Shown piece by piece: positions 29,615-40,244 of a DNA stretch of 64,000 bases. Source of the stretch: an uncultured delta proteobacterium (GTDB lineage Bacteria > Desulfobacterota > RBG-13-43-22); the NCBI GenBank assembly GCA_963790475.1, contig CAWBOS010000012.1, positions 512,001-576,000 of the forward strand, given 5' to 3'. A program made the position numbers and the translations under genes. A model generated the notes under the pieces. The model saw only the letters and a program-made list of their open reading frames with translations. It had not been told where the DNA came from and ran no database searches. Position 1 is the stretch's first letter; every line of letters begins with the position of its first letter.

Positions 29615-30172
29615 ATGAAAACTTTTATCCCCTCTCGTGAAATCTGTCTGTCCCTGATGGAACAGCACGGTATGCTCCCGAATATCAAAGATCACAGCCT
29701 GCTAGTAGCCCGGATAGCCCTTTGCCTCGGAAAAAATTTGATGGCTCAATTCCCGGAATTGAATTTGGACCTGATAGAAGCCGGGGCTTTGCTTCATGAC
29801 ATTGCCAAAACAGAAACCATCAAGACCAGGGGCAATCATGCCCAGATCGGCGAAGAAATGGTCAGGGCCATGGGTTTTGATCCGGTGGCCCGGATCGTGG
29901 CCCAACATGTGCGCCTGGAGGATGCCTATTTCCAAAATGGTGGGGTGGATGAAGTAGTTCTGGTCCATTATGCCGACAAACGCGTCCGGCACGATGAGGT
30001 GGTCGATTTAGAGGATCGTTTTGAGTATCTGGTGGAGACCTACGGGCGTTCCCCAGAGGCAGTGGGGCGAATCGAAGCCCTTTATCAAGACACCTTGAAA
30101 GTGGAAAAAATGATTTTTCTGCACCTGTCCTTTCCACCCCAGGCTCTCAGAGATTATCTTGAAATGAGTTGA
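29615..30172 (+). CDS. HD-domain (HDIG-type) phosphohydrolase
   Basis: HS..VA, LLHDIAK, H...G, QHV and YADKRV motifs. Confidence 0.88.
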   Translation: MKTFIPSREICLSLMEQHGMLPNIKDHSLLVARIALCLGKNLMAQFPELNLDLIEAGALLHDIAKTETIKTRGNHAQIGEEMVRAMGFDPVARIVAQHVRLEDAYFQNGGVDEVVLVHYADKRVRHDEVVDLEDRFEYLVETYGRSPEAVGRIEALYQDTLKVEKMIFLHLSFPPQALRDYLEMS

Positions 30173-30208
30173 TCCAAAAAAAACCAAACGTAAAACAAAG
30201 GAAACCCG

Positions 30209-30955
30209 ATGTCTGAGCAAAATTTTCCGAAAGGCATAGAGGACCTTTCCCAACCCGAACTGGTCCAGTGGCTCATGGAAGGATTTCGGCGCACCCTAAT
30301 CCATTACGGCTGCTGGTTTCGGGAAGTGGAATATCAGCTTGGGATACAGAAGGCCACCGAGGTCGAAGGGGAAGCCGGTGATTTGGCCTGGCCCATCATC
30401 CTCAAACGTATGGCTGCTCTTTTCGGATTCGAGATCCAAGATGGTGCCCCGGTGGCACTGACGCGGCTTAGTAAAGAGAATTTAATCGAGGCCATCGACA
30501 CTGCGGCCGTCAACTGGCTGGCCGATGATGGGGTCTGGTTTCAAACCGTAGAAAAACACTACGGCATGGACACCGCCAAACGCTGCAATGACACCGCCTG
30601 GTCCCGTTTTTCTCCTTACGAAGCCTTTAGGATAAAGAAATTATTGGGCCTGCCTGAATCTCCGGGATTGGAAGGGCTTAAAATCGCCCTCGGTTTCCGC
30701 ATGTATGCCCGCATCAACCGGCAATCCATTGAAGACATCGATTCAACGCAATTTATCTTCCGCATGAATGACTGCCGGGTCCAGGCCGCCAGGAAACGCA
30801 AAGGATTGCCTGATTATCCATGCAAATCCGTAGGCCTGGTTGAATATCCTTTTTTTGCCTCGGCCATCGATAAACGGATAACCACCGAATGTCTTGGCTG
30901 TCCGCCGGATTACCATCCGGAGATCTGGTATTGCGCCTGGAAGTTTAAAATATAA
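30209..30955 (+). CDS. DUF6125-like protein with internal duplication
   Basis: Repeated G.WF..VE...G...A motif; C-terminal CRVQ.AR.RKGL..YPC...C..CPP..H.....C.W.F. Confidence 0.7.
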   Translation: MSEQNFPKGIEDLSQPELVQWLMEGFRRTLIHYGCWFREVEYQLGIQKATEVEGEAGDLAWPIILKRMAALFGFEIQDGAPVALTRLSKENLIEAIDTAAVNWLADDGVWFQTVEKHYGMDTAKRCNDTAWSRFSPYEAFRIKKLLGLPESPGLEGLKIALGFRMYARINRQSIEDIDSTQFIFRMNDCRVQAARKRKGLPDYPCKSVGLVEYPFFASAIDKRITTECLGCPPDYHPEIWYCAWKFKI

Positions 30956-31083
30956 AAAATATGCCGTTCGTCAGAAATCGTTCTGCGTTATGGGCAAATA
31001 CTTACTGTTTCTTGTTGCCCACCGAAGGCGGGAATGAAATGTAGTACAAATCACCAAGAAATACTCGCGGGAAAGGATTGTTT

Positions 31084-31719
31084 ATGGAGACCACGAATCG
31101 CGATTTGATGCAACAGGCCAGGGAAGCCCTGAAGGGACGTTGGGGATTGGCTGTTGGAGGAACGGTAATCATTCTGATCCTGAGTGCCCTGATCAAAGTG
31201 ATCCCCATAGTAGGCTGGATCGGGAGTCTGATCATCGGGGGTCCTTTGGGGTTAGGAGCGGCCGCCTTTTTTCTCTCCCTTTCCCGGAGACAAGATGCTC
31301 AACTCTCTCAATTATTTGAGGGTTTCCAGGATTTTACTCGGGCCCTGGTTACTTATTTTTTAATGATTTTATTTATTATTCTCTGGACCATCCTGCTGGT
31401 TATTCCCGGTATTGTTGCCGCCTTTTCCTATTCCCAAACTTTTTTCATCCTGGCCGAAAATCCAAAAATGGAAAGCATGGATGTTCTCCGAAAAAGCAAG
31501 GCCATGATGAAAGGGAACCGTTGGAAGTTGTTTTTCCTGCTCTGGAGATTCTTCGGCTGGTTTCTATTGGGAATCCTTAGTCTGGGGATTGGTTTCCTGT
31601 GGATCATACCCTATCTGATAACTACATCGGCAAGGTTTTATGATGACCTGAAGGCGGGCGATAGGCCGCCAACTATGGAAGGGGTTGTTACCCCAACCGA
31701 GTCAGCCATAAACGGTTAA
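31084..31719 (+). CDS. DUF975 family membrane protein
   Basis: AREALKGRW, LWTILLVIPGIV.A.SYSQ, SK.MMKGN.W.LF and W..PY...A.FY motifs. Confidence 0.9.
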   Translation: METTNRDLMQQAREALKGRWGLAVGGTVIILILSALIKVIPIVGWIGSLIIGGPLGLGAAAFFLSLSRRQDAQLSQLFEGFQDFTRALVTYFLMILFIILWTILLVIPGIVAAFSYSQTFFILAENPKMESMDVLRKSKAMMKGNRWKLFFLLWRFFGWFLLGILSLGIGFLWIIPYLITTSARFYDDLKAGDRPPTMEGVVTPTESAING

Positions 31720-31729
31720 CAAAACACCT

Positions 31730-32905
31730 ATGCCTGTACATGCCAGCCAGGTCAGCGTCTGTCGTTGTCCGGATTATCAACCAACCAATTTGACCAGGGC
31801 GGTGGAAAAATGTTTATCCGCTCTGGAACCACTCCCTTTGGCCAAAGGTGCCCGGGTCCTGCTTAAACCTAATTGTCTTTCGGCCAATCATGGTCCTGAC
31901 CAGCCGGTCAACACCCGGGTTGAGATGATTGAAGCGGTTGGACGCTATCTCCGCCATCATCACCAGGTCAAACTGGTTATCGCCGATTCCGGCGGAATGG
32001 GGTCTTACGGCAGGGCCAAACAGGTTTATGCCTTAATGGGACTGGACCGGGCGGCGGTACGGTTGGATGCAGAATTAATCAATCTAGAGGAACTCGGACT
32101 CATCGAACTCCATAACCCGAGCGGCAAGATCTTACCCAAATTCAAGGCCACGGCCTTATTGGATCAAATTGACGTCATCATCAATCTACCCAAACTGAAA
32201 ACACACCTCCTCACCGGCTTGACGGGGTCCATTAAAAATTTCCTGGGTCTTTTACCGGGTTCCCTTAAAAGGGCTGTTCATGTAATCGCCCCCAGCGGTC
32301 GGACTATGGCCCAGGCCCTGGTGGATATTTGGGGCGGTATAAAAAATAAAGTCCCTCAGACTTTAAATCTGATAGACGGGATAAGCGCTATGGAAGGGGC
32401 CGGCCCTACCCACGGCCAAGCCAGGCCTACTGGTTGGCTCCTGGCTTCAACCGATCCGGTGGCCTTGGATGTTATTGCGGCAACCATTATGGGGTTTAAC
32501 CCGGCCGGAATACCCACCATAGTAGAAGCTGAAGGAGCCGGATTGGGTATTGCCGATCCGAATCTTATCAAACTTCAGGGGGCACTCTGGCCTGAACTGC
32601 CGGTTCCCGGGTTTAAGCATCCTTTCACCAGGACCAGGGAATGGGCTGAAAGAGTCATTCCTTCCTGGTTGATCGGAAAGGCCTTTGATTGGCTTTATGA
32701 AGCCAAACCCAGAGTAAGAATAGAACATTGCCGACGTTGCGGCTTATGCGCTCAGGCCTGCCCATCCCAGGCCCTGCAACTATCCGAACAGGGTCTGCAT
32801 CTTGATCAAAAGCTGTGCATAGAATGTTACTGTTGTTTGGAACATTGCCCTTCCGAAGGCCTTTGGGTTCCCCGGGGGTTGCGGGAAAGGATACGGAGCA
32901 GATAA
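31730..32905 (+). CDS. DUF362 protein with C-terminal 2x[4Fe-4S] domain
   Basis: VLLKPN, NLPKLKTH, KN..G, MEGAGP, DPVALD, CRRCGLCAQACP and CIECYCCLEHCP. Confidence 0.9.
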   Translation: MPVHASQVSVCRCPDYQPTNLTRAVEKCLSALEPLPLAKGARVLLKPNCLSANHGPDQPVNTRVEMIEAVGRYLRHHHQVKLVIADSGGMGSYGRAKQVYALMGLDRAAVRLDAELINLEELGLIELHNPSGKILPKFKATALLDQIDVIINLPKLKTHLLTGLTGSIKNFLGLLPGSLKRAVHVIAPSGRTMAQALVDIWGGIKNKVPQTLNLIDGISAMEGAGPTHGQARPTGWLLASTDPVALDVIAATIMGFNPAGIPTIVEAEGAGLGIADPNLIKLQGALWPELPVPGFKHPFTRTREWAERVIPSWLIGKAFDWLYEAKPRVRIEHCRRCGLCAQACPSQALQLSEQGLHLDQKLCIECYCCLEHCPSEGLWVPRGLRERIRSR

Positions 32906-33029
32906 TTGCAGACCCGAATAGTGCGGGTTGAGGGTTGAAAGGGGGGAAGACTTCTTTCTACCCTATATTCACTTCTTGGGTCTATAAAAATTCCATCAGG
33001 TATTCTCTATCAGTCTCCGGTATTGGTTC

Positions 33030-33166
33030 TTTACACCGTGTAAAAAAAATTGGCAGTTTTGTTTTTTCACTCTCCGGCAAATATTCATTTTCTTCCCATA
33101 AATTCAATAAGTTTAAAAATCACCAAAGGATTTCTACTCGTTCTATCATTTGGCATGATAGTTGCG
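33030..33166 (+). promoter_or_regulatory. sigma54 promoter with upstream activator-like motif
   Basis: TGGCAT-GATAG-TTGCG at 33151-33166; TTTACACCGTGTAAAAAAAATTGGCA at 33030-33055. Confidence 0.7.
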
Positions 33167-33208
33167 AAAAGTATAAGTAAGGGTTGATTACCTTCCAGAG
33201 GGTTTTCC

Positions 33209-35044
33209 TTGTCCTACAGAAAAATCCATATTCCGGCGAGGGGAAATTGGGGTCGGCAAGAAATAGTCCCACGACAAATGAGGAGAAACAAAAAGGGTGA
33301 GCATTATCGCCGGCTCTACCGAAAATTTGTCTTCCTGACCCTGATCAGCTCTCTCGTTCCTCTGCTTCTGGTGGGGTGGGGCATTTATATCTATTATTCC
33401 AATTTTTCAAGCGCCCGGGTTACGGACTATTTTCAGAGTCAGGTTGAGGATCACAGAAAAATTATCGAGTTATTTTTAAAGGAAAGAACTGCTGATCTCC
33501 AGCTGGTCGCCTTGACCCATTCCCTGGAAGAGCTGCAAAAACCCGGGATACTTATGAGCGTCCTAAATGCCATCAACCAGGAGGGCCAATTCTTTACCGA
33601 TTTGGGATTGATTAGTGCGCAAGGCAGACATTTAGCCTATATCGGTCCCTATAATTTAATGGACAAAGACTATTCCCAAACTTTTTGGTTTAAGGAACTG
33701 ATGGAGAAAAAAGTCTTCATCAGCGATATGTTTATGGGGTTCCGCAATAACCCACACTTTATTGTTGCCTTTTTAAGGGTCGAGGGAGATCACCGCTGGA
33801 TATTGCGAGCCAGTGTCGATACGGAATACCTTCGCTCTTTGGTTGAAAATGTTAAAATAGGCCGCACCGGCGAGGCTTTTCTTCTAAACCGGGACGGTAT
33901 TTTTCAAACCAGCCCGCGTTCCAATGGGACGATCATGGGCAAGGCCCCTTTATCCGTGGGACAATTTAAAGAAAATAGCGGGACTCGAATCCTGAGTCCT
34001 GTTAAAGGAATTGGACAACCCGCTGCCCGTCAAATCGTCGCCTTTGCCTGGCTTAAGGATCCGCAATGGCTGCTGATTGTTAAACAGAATTATTCCGAGG
34101 CCTTCAGAAGCGTCAATCATGCCAATCTGGCCACCCTGATCTTCCTGCACCTGAGTCTCCTGGGTATCGTCATTATCACGGTTATCATCACCCGAACCAT
34201 GATGAAAATCATCAGAAAACGGGATGATCAGGCCGATCAATTGAACAGACAGTTGATGCAGGCCGGAAAACTGGCCTCTTTGGGGGAACTTTCGGCCGGA
34301 GTTGCCCACGAGATCAATAATCCATTAGCGATCATTCTAACCGAGAACCAGGTTATCCGGGATTTCATCGAGGAAAAGGAAGGATTGGATGAGGAATTCA
34401 AAAAAGAACTGGAAGAATCATTGTCCCAGATCGACACCCAGGTTCAGCGCTGTAATCTCATCACCCATAATCTTTTGCGGTTCTCCCGCCGCACCGCGTC
34501 CCGGATCGAGATGGTCAACCTTAATGCCTTCTTGGGGGAAGTCGTTCAATTGATGGAAGGCAAGGCCAAGGGAATGGGGGTCCATTTCAATATCAACTTG
34601 GAAAAGGACTTGAACCCCATTCGTTCTGATCCTTCCCAGCTTCAACAGGTGCTATTGAACCTGATTACCAATGCCATTGACGCCCATGAAGGGAAGCCCT
34701 ATGGGACTATCAGTATCAGCACTCATTCCAATCTTGAAAAACAGGGAGTGGAGATCCTCGTTGCCGATACCGGATCGGGAATCCCTCCGGAAAATCTGGA
34801 GAGAATATTCGATCCTTTTTTTACCACAAAACCGGTCGGGAAGGGAACCGGCCTGGGGCTTTCTATTTCTTACAGCATCATTAAACAGTTGGGAGGCGAC
34901 ATTTCGGTGAAAAGCGAAACCGGTAAGGGGTCCCAATTCACCCTCTTCCTTCCATTTAATCGGACAGAAGATTCCCGCGACACAGGAAAAGAAAACCTTG
35001 ACCAGACGTCACCCCAAATTTCCAGGGAGGACAGAAGGAAATGA
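33209..35044 (+). CDS. Membrane sensor histidine kinase (Cache-type periplasmic domain, NtrB-like)
   Basis: Two TM helices; H-box [12 protein letters not shown]-box [23 protein letters not shown] and GTGLGL. Start may be ATG 33278. Confidence 0.95.
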   Translation: MSYRKIHIPARGNWGRQEIVPRQMRRNKKGEHYRRLYRKFVFLTLISSLVPLLLVGWGIYIYYSNFSSARVTDYFQSQVEDHRKIIELFLKERTADLQLVALTHSLEELQKPGILMSVLNAINQEGQFFTDLGLISAQGRHLAYIGPYNLMDKDYSQTFWFKELMEKKVFISDMFMGFRNNPHFIVAFLRVEGDHRWILRASVDTEYLRSLVENVKIGRTGEAFLLNRDGIFQTSPRSNGTIMGKAPLSVGQFKENSGTRILSPVKGIGQPAARQIVAFAWLKDPQWLLIVKQNYSEAFRSVNHANLATLIFLHLSLLGIVIITVIITRTMMKIIRKRDDQADQLNRQLMQAGKLASLGELSAGVAHEINNPLAIILTENQVIRDFIEEKEGLDEEFKKELEESLSQIDTQVQRCNLITHNLLRFSRRTASRIEMVNLNAFLGEVVQLMEGKAKGMGVHFNINLEKDLNPIRSDPSQLQQVLLNLITNAIDAHEGKPYGTISISTHSNLEKQGVEILVADTGSGIPPENLERIFDPFFTTKPVGKGTGLGLSISYSIIKQLGGDISVKSETGKGSQFTLFLPFNRTEDSRDTGKENLDQTSPQISREDRRK

Positions 35045-35464
35045 GAAGAGCCAAAATCCTATTAGTTGATGATGAAGTGGCCTTTGCCAACAATATTTCC
35101 AAATTGATATCCAAACGGGGTTATGACATCATCACGGTTTATAATGGAGAAAGCGCCGTTCAGGCCGTTGATGAACAGGATTTCGACGTCATTGTCCTGG
35201 ATTTAAAGATGCCCGGGATGGACGGCATGGCCGCTTTGAAGCTGATCAAGGGGAAGAAAGCCCGGGGTAGAAGTGATTATCCTTACCGGTCATGGCTCTT
35301 TCGAATCAGGCATTGACGGGATGCAGCTGGGGGCTTTTGATTTTATTATGAAACCGGTTCGTTTCGATGATCTCTATGAAAAGATTCGGCAGGCCTATCA
35401 AAGGAAATTAATTATTGAAGAAAGTGGAACCGGTTCTAATACCGATGGGCGGGGACGGGATTGA
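35041..35464 (+). CDS. Single-domain response regulator, split by a +1 frameshift at about 35257
   Basis: LLVDDE...VLDLKMPGMDG, then (K)PGVEVIILTGHG...FIMKP in the next frame; one extra A in GAAGAAAGCCC. Confidence 0.85.
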
Positions 35465-35877
35465 ATATGACTGAACCTATACGGGTTTGCCTGATCGATG
35501 ACGAACGAATCTTTGTTGAGTCTTTGACCAAGGTCCTCAAAAAAAGAGGTATGGAGGTGCGGGCGGCTTTCGATGGCCTTTCGGCCCTTAAACTGCTTTC
35601 CGTCGAAGAACCGGATGTGATTGTGCTGGACCTCCGGATGCCCGGGATGGATGGTCTGGCCGTCTTACAGGAAATACGAACCAAAGATTCCCAGACCCCG
35701 GTGATCCTGCTGACCGGTCACTTGGATATCGATCGCGTAGTCCAGGTCATGGATAAGGGAGTGGCCTTAGTGCTCTTGAAACCCTGTCCTATCGAAACCC
35801 TGGTTTCCGCCATAGAGAATGCCAGTGAATCTAAGGCCATTTCCAAAGAGGTCAACGCCAATCTCCCTAAAAGATGA
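35461..35877 (+). CDS. Single-domain response regulator
   Basis: LIDDE, VLDLRMPGMDG, LLTGH and LKP motifs. Confidence 0.92.
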   Translation: MNMTEPIRVCLIDDERIFVESLTKVLKKRGMEVRAAFDGLSALKLLSVEEPDVIVLDLRMPGMDGLAVLQEIRTKDSQTPVILLTGHLDIDRVVQVMDKGVALVLLKPCPIETLVSAIENASESKAISKEVNANLPKR

Positions 35878-35920
35878 TTAGGACCGGTGACCGATGTCCT
35901 GTTTTTCCCCTTGTTCTATC

Positions 35921-38602
35921 TCACTCTTGAACCGTCTCCCGGTGAGCCTTTTGCCCGAAATCATAATCCCCTCGAAGAAACGCATCCTTAAATTGTTCGA
36001 CTGAATCCTCGCTCATCATGGATACATCCATTTGACGGAAGAATTGAAAGAGGCTGCCGATCATCTTCAAGTGCTCGATCATCTCCTCCCGGGTGGCCTT
36101 TCCCAGACGGGCGGTGACCACATCGTGAGCCAGTTCCACATGGAACCCATGCGTGCGAAGGATGGAGGCAATAGCCCTGGAACGGCGCGTCCTTCGAATC
36201 AAGTCGGCTGCCCCCCCTCGGAAGGTCAAACTGATGTAATTCTTGTTCGGTGTGCTGCTGCAATAGGTGTCCACCACACTGAAATGATACCCCACCCTGG
36301 CGGTGTAGTTCAGGTAGTTGTCAGAAATAATGGCATAGCAGGGGTCTTGGAAAGATTGTTCCCCCTCCGGGCTGTTCACGGCATGTCTCATCATGATGGA
36401 AAAGAAGCCCTTGTAATCCATAGGTTTCGGGCCAAAACGGGGGATCTTTTCATTCAGCATCCCCTCCAGTAAGGCGGTTAAAGGGATGGAAGAGATTTGG
36501 GAACGTTTAATCTTTCCTTGTTTTGGGACCCCCTCAACCCCGCCTCCCAGATCGATCAGATAAAGGTCAATCGGCAGGAAAACATCCAAGTGATAACTGG
36601 AAGCCCGGAGATCTCCTAATTGTTCTCCCAAAATGAACATCTCTTCGTAGGATTTTTCATGGATAAACCTGGCCAGATCATGAAGGGTGCGGCATTGATC
36701 GCCTTTGAAGTTCTTGGACAAGGGGTCCGTCAGATTTAGGGGTTGAATGAGTTCAATACCTTTTTTCAGAATCTGAAGTTCCGGAGTAGAAGGTTTCTCT
36801 TCCATAGAACCCGAGTGCCGGACGGACGGTGTCCCTCTCCATTTTGGTACGGGGACTTCGCCTTGGTAGACCAGACCATTGCCGGCATCAACGGTGATGA
36901 CCGTTCCTGGTGGGATTTTCTGAGTGGCGATTTTGGTGTTTAACAAAGTAGGTACCCCAAATTCCCTCGACAAAGAAGCCATATGGCCGGTCGTACTTCC
37001 AAAATCGGTAACAATGGCCCGGACCTTGGACATAAGGCGGACGAATCGTGGGGAAGACCGTTTGGCGATCAACACTCCACCGTCCGGGAATAAATTGGGG
37101 TCGTCATCCTCCGCCATATGGATGGCCGGTCCTGTGCCTGCTCCCGGACAGGCCACATCCCCCCCGCTTACAAGCAGGGTATATCCAGGTAACGGCCGGC
37201 TGGTCTCCCCTCTCCGCTCAAGCAGGCGTAAAGGGCGGGATTGAAGGAGGATAAGTTTCCTGTCGCGGTCCATGGCCCATTCGATATCCTGTGGGCTTCC
37301 AAAATGATCCTCTAAAAGGAGAGCCCATTGACCCAGCCGGATCGCCTCTTCATCGGACAGGCAATCCTGCTCGGCTTCATCCGGACTCACCGAATCTTCT
37401 TTGAGCTCCGACGGTGAAGAAAGGATAAGACGGAATTTTTGCTGTGAGGGAAACCGAACAATTTGGCTTTGATTTAAATCTCTGGGGACGGAGATCACTT
37501 CGGGAGAAGTCCGGCCCTCGACCAAAGGGACGCCCAAACCACGAATGGCTTGGATCAGGATTTGATCGGAATCAGGTTGGTTGGGGTCCTTGGAAAAAGA
37601 AACCCCGCTGACCAGGGCATCCACCATGGTTATAAAAGCAACTGCCATCTCAGCTGTTTGTCCGGGGATCCCGTGCAGACGGCGATAATGAATGGCCTCA
37701 GAGGAATACAGGCTGGCGGCTACTTTGAGATAGGCCTCCACCAGACCGTCCCGCTTGATATTCAAAAGGGTCAGAAATTGTCCGGCAAAGGAAAATCCGC
37801 TATCTTCACCCAGGGCGCTGGATCGAACGGCCAAAGAGACCTCTTTTCCAATTTCCCGGGTCAGGCGATCATAGGCTCCGAGTATGGCCTCATTCAGGGA
37901 GGAAGGCACGTAAATCTTCAGAAACTGTTCTTGGATGGAGTGACTGATTTCCTCCACATCCTGGGTGGCCAGGATTTCCAGATCCTTATCCTGGAGCCAG
38001 GATTTGAGGCCTCCCTTTTCCAGGAGAAGCCGAAACCCCTCGGTGGTAACCACAAACCCCTCCGGTGTCGGCAGGTCCAGGACGTTCCGGATCTCCCCGA
38101 GATTGGCCGCCTTTCCACCAACCAGGTCGGTTTGGTTTCTATCCACGGCCGATAAATCCCTTACCCAGACCAGGGGAATTCCGTTTCCAGAACCCTCGAT
38201 GAGTTTAGTTAAAGAGAATACAATCTCTTCAAATTTATCCTGCAAAACAGGATATCGGCCGCCCGAAATCACCATAATGGCTTCGATCATGGTATGGATA
38301 TCGGCAATAGCTCTTAGAACCCGGCGCCTGAGGTACGTCCGATCCAGAAAAACCTGTTCCAGGTATTTCTGCTCTATGTCGGCCATGGTTTCGAGAAAGC
38401 TGTTATTCGCAGAAAGAAGCTTGCGGAATTCGGCATGATTAAGTTTCAACAGAGCCACTTGGGACGTGTGATCCGCTCCTTTCCCGCGGCTAAGACCGAT
38501 TACCTCCAGAAAAAGAACAAAACCTTGCCAGGTTTTTTGAAACCCGAGTATGAATCGGGAAGGATTACGATTGGATTGACTATTCGAAGGGATTTCTACC
38601 AT
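35921..38602 (-). CDS. PEP-synthase-like protein (PPDK_N ATP-grasp + phospho-His swivel domain, atypical C-terminus)
   Basis: VGGKAANLGE, AVRSSALGED..SFAGQF, PQDIEWA, LQSRPL and TTGHMASLSREFGVP; the C-terminus is not the PEP/pyruvate TIM barrel. Confidence 0.88.
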   Translation of the reverse strand: MVEIPSNSQSNRNPSRFILGFQKTWQGFVLFLEVIGLSRGKGADHTSQVALLKLNHAEFRKLLSANNSFLETMADIEQKYLEQVFLDRTYLRRRVLRAIADIHTMIEAIMVISGGRYPVLQDKFEEIVFSLTKLIEGSGNGIPLVWVRDLSAVDRNQTDLVGGKAANLGEIRNVLDLPTPEGFVVTTEGFRLLLEKGGLKSWLQDKDLEILATQDVEEISHSIQEQFLKIYVPSSLNEAILGAYDRLTREIGKEVSLAVRSSALGEDSGFSFAGQFLTLLNIKRDGLVEAYLKVAASLYSSEAIHYRRLHGIPGQTAEMAVAFITMVDALVSGVSFSKDPNQPDSDQILIQAIRGLGVPLVEGRTSPEVISVPRDLNQSQIVRFPSQQKFRLILSSPSELKEDSVSPDEAEQDCLSDEEAIRLGQWALLLEDHFGSPQDIEWAMDRDRKLILLQSRPLRLLERRGETSRPLPGYTLLVSGGDVACPGAGTGPAIHMAEDDDPNLFPDGGVLIAKRSSPRFVRLMSKVRAIVTDFGSTTGHMASLSREFGVPTLLNTKIATQKIPPGTVITVDAGNGLVYQGEVPVPKWRGTPSVRHSGSMEEKPSTPELQILKKGIELIQPLNLTDPLSKNFKGDQCRTLHDLARFIHEKSYEEMFILGEQLGDLRASSYHLDVFLPIDLYLIDLGGGVEGVPKQGKIKRSQISSIPLTALLEGMLNEKIPRFGPKPMDYKGFFSIMMRHAVNSPEGEQSFQDPCYAIISDNYLNYTARVGYHFSVVDTYCSSTPNKNYISLTFRGGAADLIRRTRRSRAIASILRTHGFHVELAHDVVTARLGKATREEMIEHLKMIGSLFQFFRQMDVSMMSEDSVEQFKDAFLRGDYDFGQKAHRETVQE

Positions 38603-38692
38603 GCGTTTAGTATATCAAAGAAGATATAAAGGGGCCAGGGTGATTTAGCATTCCTGATGGACTGGGAAAAGGTTGACAAGAATCCTTAACGA

Positions 38693-39067
38693 TTATTCCT
38701 TCTTCTTCCCTGCGGCCTCTTCAATCAGATTCACCAGTTTCAAGATGGGAAAGGGTTTGAACAAATAAGCGAAAGCCCCTTCTTTCAGGCCCGTTTCCTC
38801 ATCGGAAAGGGAAAGATGCCCGGTAAGCAAGATGACCTGGGTGTCGATTGCTAAACGTTTGATCTCGGCCAAAACTTGCATGCCGTCCATTCCCGGCATC
38901 TTGACATCCAGGATGACGACATGGAATGGCTCTTTGGCAATGCGTACTACGGCGGTCATTCCGTCAGAAGCCGTTTCCACCTCAAACCCCCGGCGGCGCA
39001 GCACCTTACCTAAACTGGCGGTGAAATCCACTTCATCGTCGACCAACAGAACCTTTTTCCCTTTCAT
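38693..39067 (-). CDS. Single-domain response regulator
   Basis: LLVDDE, ILDVKMPGMDG, LLTGH and LFKP motifs. Confidence 0.93.
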   Translation of the reverse strand: MKGKKVLLVDDEVDFTASLGKVLRRRGFEVETASDGMTAVVRIAKEPFHVVILDVKMPGMDGMQVLAEIKRLAIDTQVILLTGHLSLSDEETGLKEGAFAYLFKPFPILKLVNLIEEAAGKKKE

Positions 39068-39747
39068 CCGGACCCCTTTCTAACCTGGAGAAATTGGACC
39101 AGGTTGCGGGCGCTTTTTTTTCTAAGGGCATAGATGGCAATCGGGTCTTTAGATGGATCCAATCCAGGGACATTAATTTCTATCCAGCGGGTGGGGAGAA
39201 TCAGGCCATGGACCATCCCGGCCGCCCCCAATCCTATCAGAAAAGGGCCGGAGAAGGAGAGCCAAGGGGCGAAGAGGAGAGCAAAGACCCCCATGGCTGC
39301 TCCCACACCGGTCTCCCCCCACCTGATCTGATGTCGAGGAGTGAGAGAAAAGTTTTTCATTAAGGGAATTTCCCGGATGACCGTCTGGTCCTTTTCATCC
39401 GCCGTGGGAGGACGGTTGGGCATCAGGCTTGATTGAACACAGAACAGCCGGCGATCGGTGGCAAAGAGGCTGACGGCCTCCTGTTCCGGTTCTCTCAAGA
39501 CAGTGTGGGTCAACCGGGTATGAGCCCGGACCACATGATGTTCTCTCTGAATAGCCTCTTCCTTTTGAAACCTGGTCTTAAGGAGCGCACGATACAGATC
39601 CAGCGTGCGCTCGATCAGCTCTTTCTGAAAGACCTTTTCCGTCAGGTCACCCCGCTGACGTTTAGGATAGAGCTGCCGGATCCGGGTCCTCAAGGCCTCG
39701 GCTTCAGTCGTCATAAGGATAGGACCCCGGAGAAGTTTTGGGGGCAT
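39064..39747 (-). CDS. Hypothetical membrane protein (PH-like segment plus TM hairpin)
   Basis: SLFATDRRLF PH-like strand and two hydrophobic helices; operon-coupled. Start may be 39714. Confidence 0.65.
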   Translation of the reverse strand: MPPKLLRGPILMTTEAEALRTRIRQLYPKRQRGDLTEKVFQKELIERTLDLYRALLKTRFQKEEAIQREHHVVRAHTRLTHTVLREPEQEAVSLFATDRRLFCVQSSLMPNRPPTADEKDQTVIREIPLMKNFSLTPRHQIRWGETGVGAAMGVFALLFAPWLSFSGPFLIGLGAAGMVHGLILPTRWIEINVPGLDPSKDPIAIYALRKKSARNLVQFLQVRKGSG

Positions 39748-39904
39748 GAAGGCTGGGCATCAAAGTGATGACTACCGCCACGAACAGGACAAAGATCACA
39801 ACAAAGGCATCCCAGGGATCCCATTCTACGATGGTTGAATTATAGAGCGACCAGAGCAGGTACCCGTAAAGGAGCAAATTAATGATAATCTGAACTAATT
39901 TCAT
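39704..39904 (-). CDS. Small 2-TM membrane protein
   Basis: RBS GGAGG; two hydrophobic stretches separated by EWDPWD. Confidence 0.7.
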   Translation of the reverse strand: MKLVQIIINLLLYGYLLWSLYNSTIVEWDPWDAFVVIFVLFVAVVITLMPSLHAPKTSPGSYPYDD

Positions 39905-39916
39905 TTAGTTACCTCC

Positions 39917-40024
39917 CTATATGTTACCGCGGAGCCAGACTTCGTATACAACGGCTGCCGCGCCCAAGGATATTGCCAGGAGCAGGATCCAATAACCAAT
40001 CATGGAATCGATAAACCATCTCAT
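39917..40024 (-). CDS. 35-aa single-TM peptide, absent from the ORF track
   Basis: MRWFIDSMIGYWILLLAISLGAAAVVYEVWLRGNI; RBS AAGGAG; ATGA overlap with the upstream gene; stop abuts the next RBS. Confidence 0.7.
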   Translation of the reverse strand: MRWFIDSMIGYWILLLAISLGAAAVVYEVWLRGNI

Positions 40025-40221
40025 ATTTTATTCTCCTTTGTTTTTGATAAACAAGCTTTATTGTGAGGTTCGGAAAGGATTAAATCGAACTTCATCGATT
40101 TCAGAAAGCCTATAGCCGTCTCCAATGAAATCGTTGAATGTAAAAATAATCCTTCCTGAATGAACAGGTAGTGAACCTGATAATCGGAATCGATGTGCAG
40201 AATATTTACCGGGATTCTCAT
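40021..40221 (-). CDS. Small degenerate receiver-like protein
   Basis: NILHIDSD...AIGFLKSMKFDLILSEP resembles a REC N-terminal half with E at the phospho-Asp position; RBS GGAGG. Confidence 0.55.
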   Translation of the reverse strand: MRIPVNILHIDSDYQVHYLFIQEGLFLHSTISLETAIGFLKSMKFDLILSEPHNKACLSKTKENKI

Positions 40222-40244
40222 GGCTTCTTGACCTCCCCTCATCA

